Below are positions 28,037 through 36,463 of a stretch of DNA of 64,000 bases, piece by piece; position 1 is the first letter of the stretch, and each line of letters starts with the position of its first letter. Source of the stretch: Bacteroidales bacterium (lineage in GTDB: Bacteria; Bacteroidota; Bacteroidia; Bacteroidales; UBA932); assembly GCA_017544005.1 (NCBI GenBank), contig JAFYEZ010000043.1:505-64504 (forward strand), read 5' to 3'. The position numbers and the translations under genes are program-made. Under the pieces are notes generated by a model. The model was not told the origin of the DNA. It did no database searches and saw only the letters and a program-made list of their open reading frames with translations.

Positions 28037-29383
28037 ATGGGAGCATTTCACGCATACGACATCCGGGGTATCTACCCCAACGAAATCAACCGGGAGTTCG
28101 CCTACAAGGCGGGCTATTTCCTTCCTGAACTGCTGGGCGCTGACAAGGTCCTGGTGGGCCGCGACATGCGGACCTCTTCGCCCGATATTTACGCGGGTCT
28201 GGTGGCGGGCATCACCGATGCCGGCGCCGATGTGTACGACCTCGGCCTGAGCACTACCCCGCTCGTCTATTACGCGACGGCGCGCCACGGTTTCAAGGCC
28301 TCCGTGCAGATTACCGCATCGCACAATCCCAAGGAGTACAACGGCCTGAAGGTCTCGCGTGAGAACGCGCTGCCGGTGGGCCTGGATGCCGGCCTGGGCG
28401 TCATCAAGCGCTGGATGGAGGAGGGAAAACCCACCCCGAAGGCCGCCAAGCCCGGCGTCGTCCATGCTTTCGATATCGCTGAAGAGTACCTCGCCTTCCA
28501 GCGCGGCTACCTGAAGGACATCTCCAACCTGAAGGTCGCCATCGACTGCTCCAACGGCGTGGCCTCCCTGTTTGTCCACCAGCTCTTCGGCGAGTCGCCG
28601 CTCTACCTCTTCGACACCCCGGACGGCACCTTCCCCGGCCATGAGCCCAACCCGCTGCTGGCGGAGAACCGCGTGGCCCTCAGCGAGGCTGTGCGCGCAC
28701 AGCATTGCGACCTGGGCGTCATCTACGACGGGGACGCCGACCGTGTGATGTTCGTGGACGAGAAGGGCGACTTTATCTCGCCCGATCTGATGATTGCCCT
28801 GCTGGGCAACTACTTCCTGGTGGAGAAGGGGCTCCGTGGCAAGGTGCTGCAGGACATCCGCTCCTCCAAGTCGGTGGCCGAATACCTCACCCCGCTCGGC
28901 GGCGAGGTCTGCACCTGGAAGGTGGGCCGCGCCTTCGCCGCCCCGCGCCTGCGGGAGATCGACGGCATCTTTGGCGGCGAGCTGGCCGGACACTATTATT
29001 TCAAGGATTTCTTCTACAGCGACAGCGGTATCCTGGCCTCCATCCTTGTACTGAATATCGTCGCGGACCTCAAGCGGCAGGGCCGCCGGCTCTCCGAGGT
29101 GATCGGCGGCATTTCGCACTACGAGAACTCGGGTGAAATCAACTTCAAGCTGGAGCGCAAGGCCGAGGCGATGGATGCGGTACGCGACTACTTCTGTGCC
29201 CAGGAGCAGCCCACGGCCCGGATGGACTTCGACGGCTACCGCGTGGAATTCCCCCAGTGGTGGTTCAACATCCGTCCCTCCAATACCGAGCCCTATCTCC
29301 GCTTCCTCTGCGAGGCCACATCCAAGTCGCTCCTCGAAGAGAAAATCGCCAAAACCCGGGAAATCATCGCCCGGTTCGAATAG
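28037..29383 (+). CDS. Phosphomannomutase/phosphoglucomutase (alpha-D-phosphohexomutase)
   Basis: It has the TASHNP phosphoserine loop and the DGDADR metal loop. Confidence 0.85.
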   Translation: MGAFHAYDIRGIYPNEINREFAYKAGYFLPELLGADKVLVGRDMRTSSPDIYAGLVAGITDAGADVYDLGLSTTPLVYYATARHGFKASVQITASHNPKEYNGLKVSRENALPVGLDAGLGVIKRWMEEGKPTPKAAKPGVVHAFDIAEEYLAFQRGYLKDISNLKVAIDCSNGVASLFVHQLFGESPLYLFDTPDGTFPGHEPNPLLAENRVALSEAVRAQHCDLGVIYDGDADRVMFVDEKGDFISPDLMIALLGNYFLVEKGLRGKVLQDIRSSKSVAEYLTPLGGEVCTWKVGRAFAAPRLREIDGIFGGELAGHYYFKDFFYSDSGILASILVLNIVADLKRQGRRLSEVIGGISHYENSGEINFKLERKAEAMDAVRDYFCAQEQPTARMDFDGYRVEFPQWWFNIRPSNTEPYLRFLCEATSKSLLEEKIAKTREIIARFE

Positions 29384-29392
29384 GGGATTGAC

Positions 29393-29860
29393 CTAGAGCA
29401 GTCCTTCCGGAATGGTGAGCCAGATGCCCTCTGCGCTCACCTTTTTTATCAGGTCTTCGTGGAGGGGGAGCATCGCCTTGCGGCCCTCGTGCTCCACCTC
29501 GATGCAGAGGTTGCCGGAGAAATCGAACCACTGCACAATCTTGCCGACCGGCTTTCCGGTGGCGGCGTCGCGGACCGTGCGCCCGATGAGATCGGTCTCG
29601 TCCTCCTCTTCCTCGTCGGCCGGGGCGAAGGTAATCTCGCGGCCCACGAGCGATTCGGCGGATTCCAACGTGTCGATGTCCTCGAATTTGACGATGGTTC
29701 GGCCGCCCTTGGGCTGGATGGATTCAATGAAAAAAGGAACCGGTAATTCATCAAAAGCGATGAATACCGGTTCGTTTGCGTCGAAATCCCAGTCGTCACC
29801 GGAGCAGAGGTTCGTCACCACCGCGCCCTGCGTGCCGTAGGATTTCAGAACCTTGGGCAC
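29393..29860 (-). CDS. rimM: 16S rRNA processing protein RimM (GTG start)
   Basis: VPKVLKSYGTQGAVV... is followed by a PRC-barrel-like C-terminus. The GTG at 29858-29860 sits directly after the rpsP stop at 29862-29864. The Arg-rich N-terminus of the track ORF is out-of-frame overlap with rpsP. Confidence 0.75.
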   Translation of the reverse strand: MPKVLKSYGTQGAVVTNLCSGDDWDFDANEPVFIAFDELPVPFFIESIQPKGGRTIVKFEDIDTLESAESLVGREITFAPADEEEEDETDLIGRTVRDAATGKPVGKIVQWFDFSGNLCIEVEHEGRKAMLPLHEDLIKKVSAEGIWLTIPEGLL

Positions 29861-29861
29861 G

Positions 29862-30437
29862 TTATGCCTCGGGTTGTGCCTCTTCTGCAGGTGCAGCTTC
29901 AGCCTCAGCAGCGGCAGCGGCCTCTTCGGCAGCCTTCGCAGCAGCCTCTTCAGCGGCAGCGCGGGCAGCAGCCTCAGCCTCTGCCTTCTTCTGCGCAATA
30001 GCCTCTGCGCGAGCCTCGTTGACCTTGGCCTCTGCGCTTACGGCAGCCTTGTGAGCTTCTGCACTTGCATTGGAAACGGTTTGTTTCTTGGAAGACACTT
30101 TCGCGTCTTTCTCAGCCTTCCAGGCATTCCACTTCTTGTCAGCTTCTTCCTGGGTGAGGGCACCCTTGGCGACACCGCCCTGGAGGTGCTTCTTCAGCAG
30201 CACGCCCTCGTAGGAGAGGATCCGGCGGGCAGTCGTGGTAGGCTGTGCACCGTTGGTGAGCCAATAAAGCGCGCGGTCGCCGTCGAGGACGATCGTTGCA
30301 GGGTTGGTGTTGGGATTGTAAATGCCGATCTGTTCGATCAGGCGGCCGTCGCGCGGCGAACGCACGTCGGTGACCACAATGTGGAAGAATGCGAAGTTCT
30401 TCTTGCCGTGGCGGGAGAGGCGGATTTTAACAGCCAT
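29862..30437 (-). CDS. rpsP: 30S ribosomal protein S16 with a long Ala/Glu/Lys-rich C-terminal extension
   Basis: It begins MAVKIRLSRHGKKNFAFFHIVV. The C-terminal ~90 aa are low complexity (AEAEAAARAAAEEAAAKAAEE...). Confidence 0.92.
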   Translation of the reverse strand: MAVKIRLSRHGKKNFAFFHIVVTDVRSPRDGRLIEQIGIYNPNTNPATIVLDGDRALYWLTNGAQPTTTARRILSYEGVLLKKHLQGGVAKGALTQEEADKKWNAWKAEKDAKVSSKKQTVSNASAEAHKAAVSAEAKVNEARAEAIAQKKAEAEAAARAAAEEAAAKAAEEAAAAAEAEAAPAEEAQPEA

Positions 30438-30499
30438 TTCAAATGTAAATTAAAGTTACTAAATACGTTAACTTCCTTATCTTCTCGAGAAAAGGTCCG

Positions 30500-30507
30500 C
30501 AAAGATA
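30500..30507 (-). promoter_or_regulatory. -7 box TATCTTTG for rpsP-rimM
   Basis: The reverse complement of caaagata, ~60 nt upstream of rpsP. Confidence 0.5.
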
Positions 30508-30530
30508 CATATTTTCCGGTAAATGCAAAA

Positions 30531-30570
30531 AAGAAACGGCGCCCATTGCTGCGCGCCATCTCTTTTTTTA
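30531..30570 (-). terminator. Weak hairpin with flanking A/T runs downstream of the PPIase gene
   Basis: aagaaac GGCGC ccattgctgc GCGCC atctcttttttt. Confidence 0.45.
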
Positions 30571-30638
30571 ACCTAAACTTTAACCTATGAAAAAACTTTC
30601 GTCTTTGTCTCAAGTTAAAGCAAAGGGCGTGCCAAAGT

Positions 30639-31328
30639 TTATTCCTGGACCGGAGTCACCGAAATAATTTGAATCGGCTGGTCGGGGCGATCGTGGCTGT
30701 CGGTGCGCTTGGAGGCGATTTTGTCAATCACGTTCAGGCCGCTGACCACCTCGCCGAAGATGGTGTATTCACCGTCCAGATGCTTGCATCCGTTCTCATC
30801 CTGCACGATATAGAACTGCGAGCCGGAAGATTCCTTGGCCGGGTTGACGAAATCGCCGCGGCGGGCTGCCGCCAGGGCGCCCTTCTTGTGCGTAAGGCCC
30901 TTGACAATCTCGGCGGGAATGGTGTAACCCGGTCCGCCGGTGCCCCAGGCGTTGACCTTGGTGCTGTCTTTGGTGAGGGGGTCGCCCGTCTGGATCATGA
31001 AGCCGTTGATGATGCGGTGGAAGAGGATGCCATCGTAGAAGTGCTTCTGGGCAAGCTTGATGAAGTTGTCCTTGTGGAGCGGAGTCTCTTCGTAGAGTTT
31101 GACGATGAGGTCGCCCTCGGTGGTTTGAATCTTGAATTTGGGTTCGTATTGCATCGTGATGTCGAATTTGGGTTCGGGTTCCTTGACCGGTTCAGGCTGG
31201 GAGATTTCCGTCTTTTCCGGTTCCTCGGCCGGAACGGGTTCCTGGGTGTTGCCGGCTTTCTTGCCGCCGCCGCAGGCGGTCAGCAGCAGCGTGGAGGCGC
31301 AGAGTACAAACAAGAGTGACTTTTTCAT
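30639..31328 (-). CDS. Peptidylprolyl isomerase (cyclophilin type), lipoprotein
   Basis: It has the lipobox LTAC and FHRIINGFMIQTGDP and SQFYIV motifs. Confidence 0.9.
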   Translation of the reverse strand: MKKSLLFVLCASTLLLTACGGGKKAGNTQEPVPAEEPEKTEISQPEPVKEPEPKFDITMQYEPKFKIQTTEGDLIVKLYEETPLHKDNFIKLAQKHFYDGILFHRIINGFMIQTGDPLTKDSTKVNAWGTGGPGYTIPAEIVKGLTHKKGALAAARRGDFVNPAKESSGSQFYIVQDENGCKHLDGEYTIFGEVVSGLNVIDKIASKRTDSHDRPDQPIQIISVTPVQE

Positions 31329-31345
31329 ATCGGTTTGTGTTTCAG

Positions 31346-32332
31346 TTATTCAACGGTTTCAGGCAGCTTTTTGCCGCGGAAAATGGAGGCAAGCGTCAGG
31401 CCGGAAATGATATGCCAGATGCCCCACCATGCGGTTACAAAAAGCATACCGCCATAGAGGATTCCGGTCTCTGGATTGTTCCACAACTCCGGCTTGAAAA
31501 TGGCCGGATTGAGCAGCAGCGTCAGCCCCAGACCGGAGTTCTGGATTCCCACCTCGATGGTGATCGAGCGGCGGTCTCGGCGCGGAAGCTTCATGGCCCG
31601 GGCTCCAAGCCAGCCGATGCCGAAGGCGCAGGCATTGTGCAGCAGCACGAGCAGGAAGATGAAGAGGATATACTGGATGAAAAGCTGCCAGTTGGGGATG
31701 AACATAATCAGCACCATGGCGATGAAGACCACGATCGAGAAGATCGAGAAGGGCTTCTTGATGGCTTTCGCCACCTTGGGCAGGTAACGCGCGGTGAGCA
31801 TACCCAGTACGATGGGGATGCCGAGGATGGAAAAGACCTGCCAGAACATGCTCCAGAAGGGAATTACGAGGTGCGGAATGGTCAGTGTGCCGGCCAGGTT
31901 CGAGACCTTCAGGTAGAGGTTGCCCCACATCCAGAAGTTGAGCGGCGTGATGAGCGGCGCGAAGAGGGTGGCTACCGCGGTCATACTCACCGAGAGTTCG
32001 ACATTTCCCCTGGCCCAGGAGCTCATGAAGTTGGAGATGTTACCGCCCGGGCAGCTGGCCACCAGAATCATGCCCAGGGCCACCATCGGCGTGATCCAGC
32101 GTCCGAGCAGGAGGGTCAGCAGGAAGGTGATGAAAGGGAGCCCGATCCACTGCAGGCAGATGCCCGTCAGAATGGACTTGGGATGCAGAAATACGTCTTT
32201 GAGGGTCTTCCCCGTGATGCCCAGCGCGATGCCGAACATGATCAGTCCCAATACGATACTCAGGGCGAGTCCGGTACCTCCGCCGAGGTTGAGATTGACG
32301 CTGTCCAGGGAAGCGAGTTGTTCTTTGATCAT
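31346..32332 (-). CDS. Bile acid:sodium symporter (BASS) family transporter
   Basis: It is multi-TM with SCPGGNISN and a sodium-site-like region. The ATG (MIKEQLAS) is at 32332; the track start at 32425 is TTG. Confidence 0.8.
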   Translation of the reverse strand: MIKEQLASLDSVNLNLGGGTGLALSIVLGLIMFGIALGITGKTLKDVFLHPKSILTGICLQWIGLPFITFLLTLLLGRWITPMVALGMILVASCPGGNISNFMSSWARGNVELSVSMTAVATLFAPLITPLNFWMWGNLYLKVSNLAGTLTIPHLVIPFWSMFWQVFSILGIPIVLGMLTARYLPKVAKAIKKPFSIFSIVVFIAMVLIMFIPNWQLFIQYILFIFLLVLLHNACAFGIGWLGARAMKLPRRDRRSITIEVGIQNSGLGLTLLLNPAIFKPELWNNPETGILYGGMLFVTAWWGIWHIISGLTLASIFRGKKLPETVE

Positions 32333-32392
32333 AGGCCCAAAATAATCCGACAAAACTAACAAAAAAATGCCGGTTTTCGCGCGATTCCTTTG

Positions 32393-32400
32393 TATATTTG
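32393..32400 (+). promoter_or_regulatory. -7 box TATATTTG for dut-murF
   Basis: It lies 6 nt upstream of the ATG at 32406. Confidence 0.5.
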
Positions 32401-32405
32401 CAACT

Positions 32406-32840
32406 ATGAAAGCTCGTATCGTCAACCGTTCTCCCTATCCCTGTCCGGCTTATGCTACGCCTCTCTCTGCAGGGATGGACCTCAAGGCAAACCTCACCGA
32501 ACCCCTTACCCTGGGCCCGCTGGAGCGGACCATGGTGCCCACCGGCCTGTTTATCGCCCTGCCCGAAGGGTATGAGGCGCAGATCCGGCCGCGCAGCGGG
32601 CTGGCCGCCAAGCACGGCATTACGGTGACCAACGCTCCAGGCACCGTCGACGCGGACTACCGCGGCGAAATCTGCGTGCTGCTGGTGAACCTTTCCAACG
32701 AGCCCTTCACCATCAATCCCGGCGAACGGATCGCCCAGATGGTGATTGCCCGCTACGAGAAGGTGGAGTGGGAGCAGGTTGAAGTTCTCGACGAGACCGA
32801 GCGCGGAACCGGCGGATTCGGTTCAACCGGTAGGAAATAA
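32406..32840 (+). CDS. dut: dUTP diphosphatase
   Basis: It has [28 protein letters not shown] and a GGFGSTG tail. Confidence 0.93.
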   Translation: MKARIVNRSPYPCPAYATPLSAGMDLKANLTEPLTLGPLERTMVPTGLFIALPEGYEAQIRPRSGLAAKHGITVTNAPGTVDADYRGEICVLLVNLSNEPFTINPGERIAQMVIARYEKVEWEQVEVLDETERGTGGFGSTGRK

Positions 32841-32845
32841 GCCCT

Positions 32846-34156
32846 ATGGAAGCCCTTTATAAACTCTTCAAAAAGTGCAGCGGCGTTACGACCGACAGCC
32901 GCGCCATTACGGAAGGTTCGATGTTTTTCGCCCTCAAGGGGGAGACCTTCGACGGCAACGATTTTGCCGTGCAGGCCCTGGAAAAGGGCGCCCGCGTGGC
33001 GGTGGTGGACCGCGCCTCGCTGCAAGGAGTCAAAGCCGGGAAAGGCGAGTGCTATCTGGTAGAGAATGTGCTGGAAACGCTCCAGGCCCTGGCGGCTTAC
33101 CATCGCCGGCAGTTCCAGATTCCGGTGATCGGCATCACCGGTACCAACGGCAAAACCACTACCAAGGAACTGGTGAGCGCCGTAATGGCCCGCAAATTTG
33201 AAACGGTCTATACGAAGGGAAACCTGAACAACCATATCGGCGTTCCGCTCACCCTCTTCGGGATCAATTCGCACACCCAGGCGGCCGTGATCGAAATGGG
33301 CGCCAGCGCACCCGGCGAGATCGCGACGCTTGTCCGGATTGCCCAGCCCACCTGCGGCCTGATCACCAACGTGGGCAAGGCGCACATCCTCGGGTTCGGC
33401 TCTTTCGAAGGGGTCAAACAGACCAAGGGCGAGCTCTACGACTACCTGCGCCAGAGCGGCGGTCTGGCCTTCTACAATGCCGACAATCCCCATCTGTGCG
33501 AGATGATTGCCGCGCGCGGCGGGCTGATCCATGAAGCCTATGGCGTGCAGAAGCAGGGGGTTACGGTGCTGGAGGTCACGGCGGAGCATCCTTTCCTGCG
33601 CTTCCGCCTTCCGGACGGCGTAACGGTGGAAACGCTCCTGGTAGGGGCTTACAATGCGGACAACGCCCTGGCTGCGCTCTGCGTAGGCGCGCATTTCGGG
33701 GTGCCGGAAGCGGATGCCGTCGCCGCCATCGCGGCCTACCGCCCGGCCAACGACCGTTCGCAGATGGTTCGCACGGCGCACAATACGCTGATTGTGGATA
33801 CCTACAACGCCAATCCCACCAGCATGGGGGTGGCACTTGACAATTTTGCCCGCACCGCTTTTGAAGGGAAAACCCTGATTCTGGGGGATATGCTCGAACT
33901 GGGCGGAGAGTCGGCCACCGAGCATTCGGCGGCGCTGGCCAAGGCCATGGCCCTTTCGAATTCGATTTTCCTGGTGGGCGGCGAGTTTACCGCGGCGGCA
34001 GCCAAGGTGCGCTGCGCCAAGGCCAAAGGGATTCAGTGTTTCGCCTCTTCAGCTGAGCTGCGCTCCTTCCTGGAAGCTCAGCCGCTCAGCGGACGCACGA
34101 TCCTGATCAAAGGGTCGCACGGCATCCATCTCGAGAAGCTTCCCGAGGTTCTTTAA
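32846..34156 (+). CDS. murF: UDP-N-acetylmuramoyl-tripeptide--D-alanyl-D-alanine ligase
   Basis: It has the GITGTNGKTTTKEL P-loop, DTYNANP, and Mur ligase architecture. Confidence 0.9.
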   Translation: MEALYKLFKKCSGVTTDSRAITEGSMFFALKGETFDGNDFAVQALEKGARVAVVDRASLQGVKAGKGECYLVENVLETLQALAAYHRRQFQIPVIGITGTNGKTTTKELVSAVMARKFETVYTKGNLNNHIGVPLTLFGINSHTQAAVIEMGASAPGEIATLVRIAQPTCGLITNVGKAHILGFGSFEGVKQTKGELYDYLRQSGGLAFYNADNPHLCEMIAARGGLIHEAYGVQKQGVTVLEVTAEHPFLRFRLPDGVTVETLLVGAYNADNALAALCVGAHFGVPEADAVAAIAAYRPANDRSQMVRTAHNTLIVDTYNANPTSMGVALDNFARTAFEGKTLILGDMLELGGESATEHSAALAKAMALSNSIFLVGGEFTAAAAKVRCAKAKGIQCFASSAELRSFLEAQPLSGRTILIKGSHGIHLEKLPEVL

Positions 34157-35178
34157 AAATCCAAGTCGGAGAATTTCAGCCGCTTGCGGGAGCGGAAGAA
34201 GTCGAGGACGATACTGCGCGGGTAGTATCCTTCGAATTCGCGCCCTTCCTCGAACGGGCTTACTTCGAGTTCATCCCGCATCTTCCGGAAATCCCGGTGG
34301 GCGCGGCGGACCGCTGCAAGGCTCTTCCAACGGCCGGTCAGCAGGTAGATGGCGGCCGATGCGCGATCCAGCCACATCCGCGTGCGGATGCGTCCGCGGT
34401 TGTCTGAAGGCAGGTTTTTCCAGAGCATCAGCAGGTTGTTGCGGTAGTTGAAGTAGAGTTTCCGCGGGGAATCGTTGGGAAGGGTGCCGCCGCCCACGTG
34501 ATAGACGGTTGAAGCGGGAATGCACCAGACCTGATAACCGAGCAGGTGCGCCCGCCAGCAGAGGTCAATCTCCTCCATGTGGGCAAAGAACGACTCGTCC
34601 AGGCCACCCAGGTGGTGGTAGAGGCCGGAGCGGATCATCATGCAGGCGCCGCTGGCCCAGAAGACCTCCATCGGTTCGTCGTACTGGCCGGTGTCGTGCT
34701 CGATCATCGAGAGAATGCGGCCCCGGCAGAAGGGATAGCCGTAGCGGTCGATAAAGCCGCCCGCCGCACCGGCGTACTCGAAACGTCCGTGGTCGGCCTC
34801 CGCGCAGAGTTTGGGCTGGCAGATGCCGGCTTCCGGATGCTCCTCCATAAAATCAAAGAGGGGATCGAGCCATCCCTTGGGGGTATCGACATCGGAATTG
34901 AGCAGCACGTAATAGTCAGCCTCAATCTCCTGCAGCGCCCGGTTGTAGCCGCCGGTAAAGCCGTAGTTCTGGTCGAATTCCAGCAGGCGGACCTGGGGAT
35001 AGTGCGCCTCCATCCAGGCCTGGGAGCCGTCGGTGGAACCGTTGTCGGCCACGACAACGAACGCGGCATGTCCGCTGTCGCCGCCTCCGAAGGCGGCGGC
35101 GCTCTCCACGACGCCGGGCAGGTAGCGCTCCAGCATCGCCTTGCCGTTCCAGTTCAATATGACGACTGCGACATCCAT
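34153..35178 (-). CDS. Glycosyltransferase family 2
   Basis: It has VVILNWNG, a DNGSTDGS motif and LNSDVD (DxD). It overlaps the murF stop convergently by 4 nt. Confidence 0.85.
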   Translation of the reverse strand: MDVAVVILNWNGKAMLERYLPGVVESAAAFGGGDSGHAAFVVVADNGSTDGSQAWMEAHYPQVRLLEFDQNYGFTGGYNRALQEIEADYYVLLNSDVDTPKGWLDPLFDFMEEHPEAGICQPKLCAEADHGRFEYAGAAGGFIDRYGYPFCRGRILSMIEHDTGQYDEPMEVFWASGACMMIRSGLYHHLGGLDESFFAHMEEIDLCWRAHLLGYQVWCIPASTVYHVGGGTLPNDSPRKLYFNYRNNLLMLWKNLPSDNRGRIRTRMWLDRASAAIYLLTGRWKSLAAVRRAHRDFRKMRDELEVSPFEEGREFEGYYPRSIVLDFFRSRKRLKFSDLDF

Positions 35179-35183
35179 CTCTG

Positions 35184-35191
35184 CAAAGATA
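35184..35191 (-). promoter_or_regulatory. -7 box TATCTTTG for the GT2 gene
   Basis: The reverse complement of caaagata, 6 nt upstream of the ATG at 35178. Confidence 0.5.
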
Positions 35192-35206
35192 GAAAGAATA
35201 ACGACA

Positions 35207-35239
35207 CAAAAAAACAGGCCGCCCCGTGGGACGGCCTGT
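35207..35239 (-). terminator. Terminator downstream of rplI
   Basis: On the minus strand: ACAGGCCG tcccacggg CGGCCTGT ttttttt. Confidence 0.75.
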
Positions 35240-35261
35240 CAGGATTACGCGCGGGAGAGAA

Positions 35262-35720
35262 TTATTCCTCTTCAGCGGCGACAACCTCTACGGCAACCGT
35301 AGCCTTGATGTCGCGGTAGCACTTCACCTCTGCGCTGTAGGAACCGACCTCCTTGATGGTGTCGGCACCCACGAGGGTGACGTTCTTGCGGTCCACCTCG
35401 ATGCCCTGGGCAGCGAGAGCCTCAGCAACCTGAATGTTGCTGACGGAACCGAAGACCTTGCCGTTGGAGCTCACCTTGGCAGCGACCTTGACGGTAGCGC
35501 CTTCGAGCTTTGCAGCCAGTGCCTTTGCGTCGTCGACGATTTTCTGCTCCTTCTGAGCGCGCTGACGCATGTTCTCTGCGTGGATCTTTTTCGCGGTGGG
35601 GGTAGCCATGATGGCGAAGCCCTGCGGAATCAGGTAGTTTGCACCGTAACCGTTCTTGACCGTTACGATATCGTCTTTGTAACCGAGGTTACGGACATCC
35701 TGTTTGAGAATAACTTCCAT
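35262..35720 (-). CDS. rplI: 50S ribosomal protein L9
   Basis: It begins MEVILKQDVRNLGYKDDIVTVKNGYGANYLIPQG. Confidence 0.93.
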   Translation of the reverse strand: MEVILKQDVRNLGYKDDIVTVKNGYGANYLIPQGFAIMATPTAKKIHAENMRQRAQKEQKIVDDAKALAAKLEGATVKVAAKVSSNGKVFGSVSNIQVAEALAAQGIEVDRKNVTLVGADTIKEVGSYSAEVKCYRDIKATVAVEVVAAEEE

Positions 35721-35732
35721 AATGCTTCCTCC

Positions 35733-35996
35733 TTATTTCAAAAGATCGGTAACGTACGGGAGAAGGGCGAGGTGACGAGCACGCTTTACAGCCTGCGCCA
35801 CTTTGCGCTGGAACTTCAGGGAAGTACCGGTAATGCGGCGGGGAAGAATCTTACCCTGCTCGTTGAGGAACTTCTTGAGGAACTCAGCGTCCTTGTAATC
35901 CACATATTTGATGCCTGCCTTCTTGAAACGGCAGTATTTCTTTCTCTTCACATCCACGGTCGGCGGATTGAGGAAACGGATATCATCCTGTGCCAT
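35733..35996 (-). CDS. rpsR: 30S ribosomal protein S18
   Basis: It has [18 protein letters not shown] and ILPRRITGT motifs. Confidence 0.93.
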   Translation of the reverse strand: MAQDDIRFLNPPTVDVKRKKYCRFKKAGIKYVDYKDAEFLKKFLNEQGKILPRRITGTSLKFQRKVAQAVKRARHLALLPYVTDLLK

Positions 35997-36008
35997 GATT
36001 GGATCTCC

Positions 36009-36380
36009 TTATTCGTTAACGGGAGCTGCCTCTGCAGCGGCCTTGGGTTCATTCATCTTAGCACGGCGACGCTCAGCGTATGCAATGGCGTGCTTGTCCA
36101 TCGCTACGGTCTGGAAACGGATGATGCGCTCATCGCGTTTGAACTGGATTTCAAGCGTGTTGATGAAATCCGGATTAGCCTTGAATTCAATCAGGTGATA
36201 GAATCCGGTGGTTTTCTTCTGGATCGGGTAAGCCAGCTTTTTCAAGCCCCAATCCTCCTGGTGTACGATCTCGCCACCTTCAGCGGTGATCATCGATGCG
36301 TACTTGGCAACCGCTTCCTTCATCTGGGCATCAGACAAAACGGGAGTTGCAATGAAAACGGTTTCGTACTGTTTTAACAT
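36009..36380 (-). CDS. rpsF: 30S ribosomal protein S6
   Basis: It begins [17 protein letters not shown] and has [10 protein letters not shown]. The gene order is rpsF-rpsR-rplI. Confidence 0.93.
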   Translation of the reverse strand: MLKQYETVFIATPVLSDAQMKEAVAKYASMITAEGGEIVHQEDWGLKKLAYPIQKKTTGFYHLIEFKANPDFINTLEIQFKRDERIIRFQTVAMDKHAIAYAERRRAKMNEPKAAAEAAPVNE

Positions 36381-36405
36381 AATGGTTTGAATAGTTGATT
36401 AATAA

Positions 36406-36431
36406 AGCCCTTCCGGTTTTCCGAAAGGGCT
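36406..36431 (-). other. Hairpin between pepD and rpsF, either the pepD terminator or an rpsF leader element
   Basis: On the minus strand: AGCCCTTTCGG aaaa CCGGAAGGGCT followed by ttatt. It lies immediately 3' of the -7 box. Confidence 0.4.
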
Positions 36432-36432
36432 G

Positions 36433-36440
36433 CAAAGATA
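36433..36440 (-). promoter_or_regulatory. -7 box TATCTTTG for rpsF-rpsR-rplI
   Basis: The reverse complement of caaagata, ~53 nt upstream of rpsF. Confidence 0.5.
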
Positions 36441-36463
36441 GTGATTATTCGTCAATCTGCAAA

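Noticed and set aside
27539-29119. A 526-aa minus-strand ORF.
   Set aside because: It is antisense to def and the phosphohexomutase (TASHNP, DGDADR on the plus strand).
30587-30667. A 26-aa mini-ORF (MKKLSSLSQVKAKGVPKFIPGPESPK) whose start context resembles that of the H1-like gene.
   Set aside because: It overlaps the PPIase 3' end on the opposite strand, has no terminator of its own, and is too short to support without expression data.
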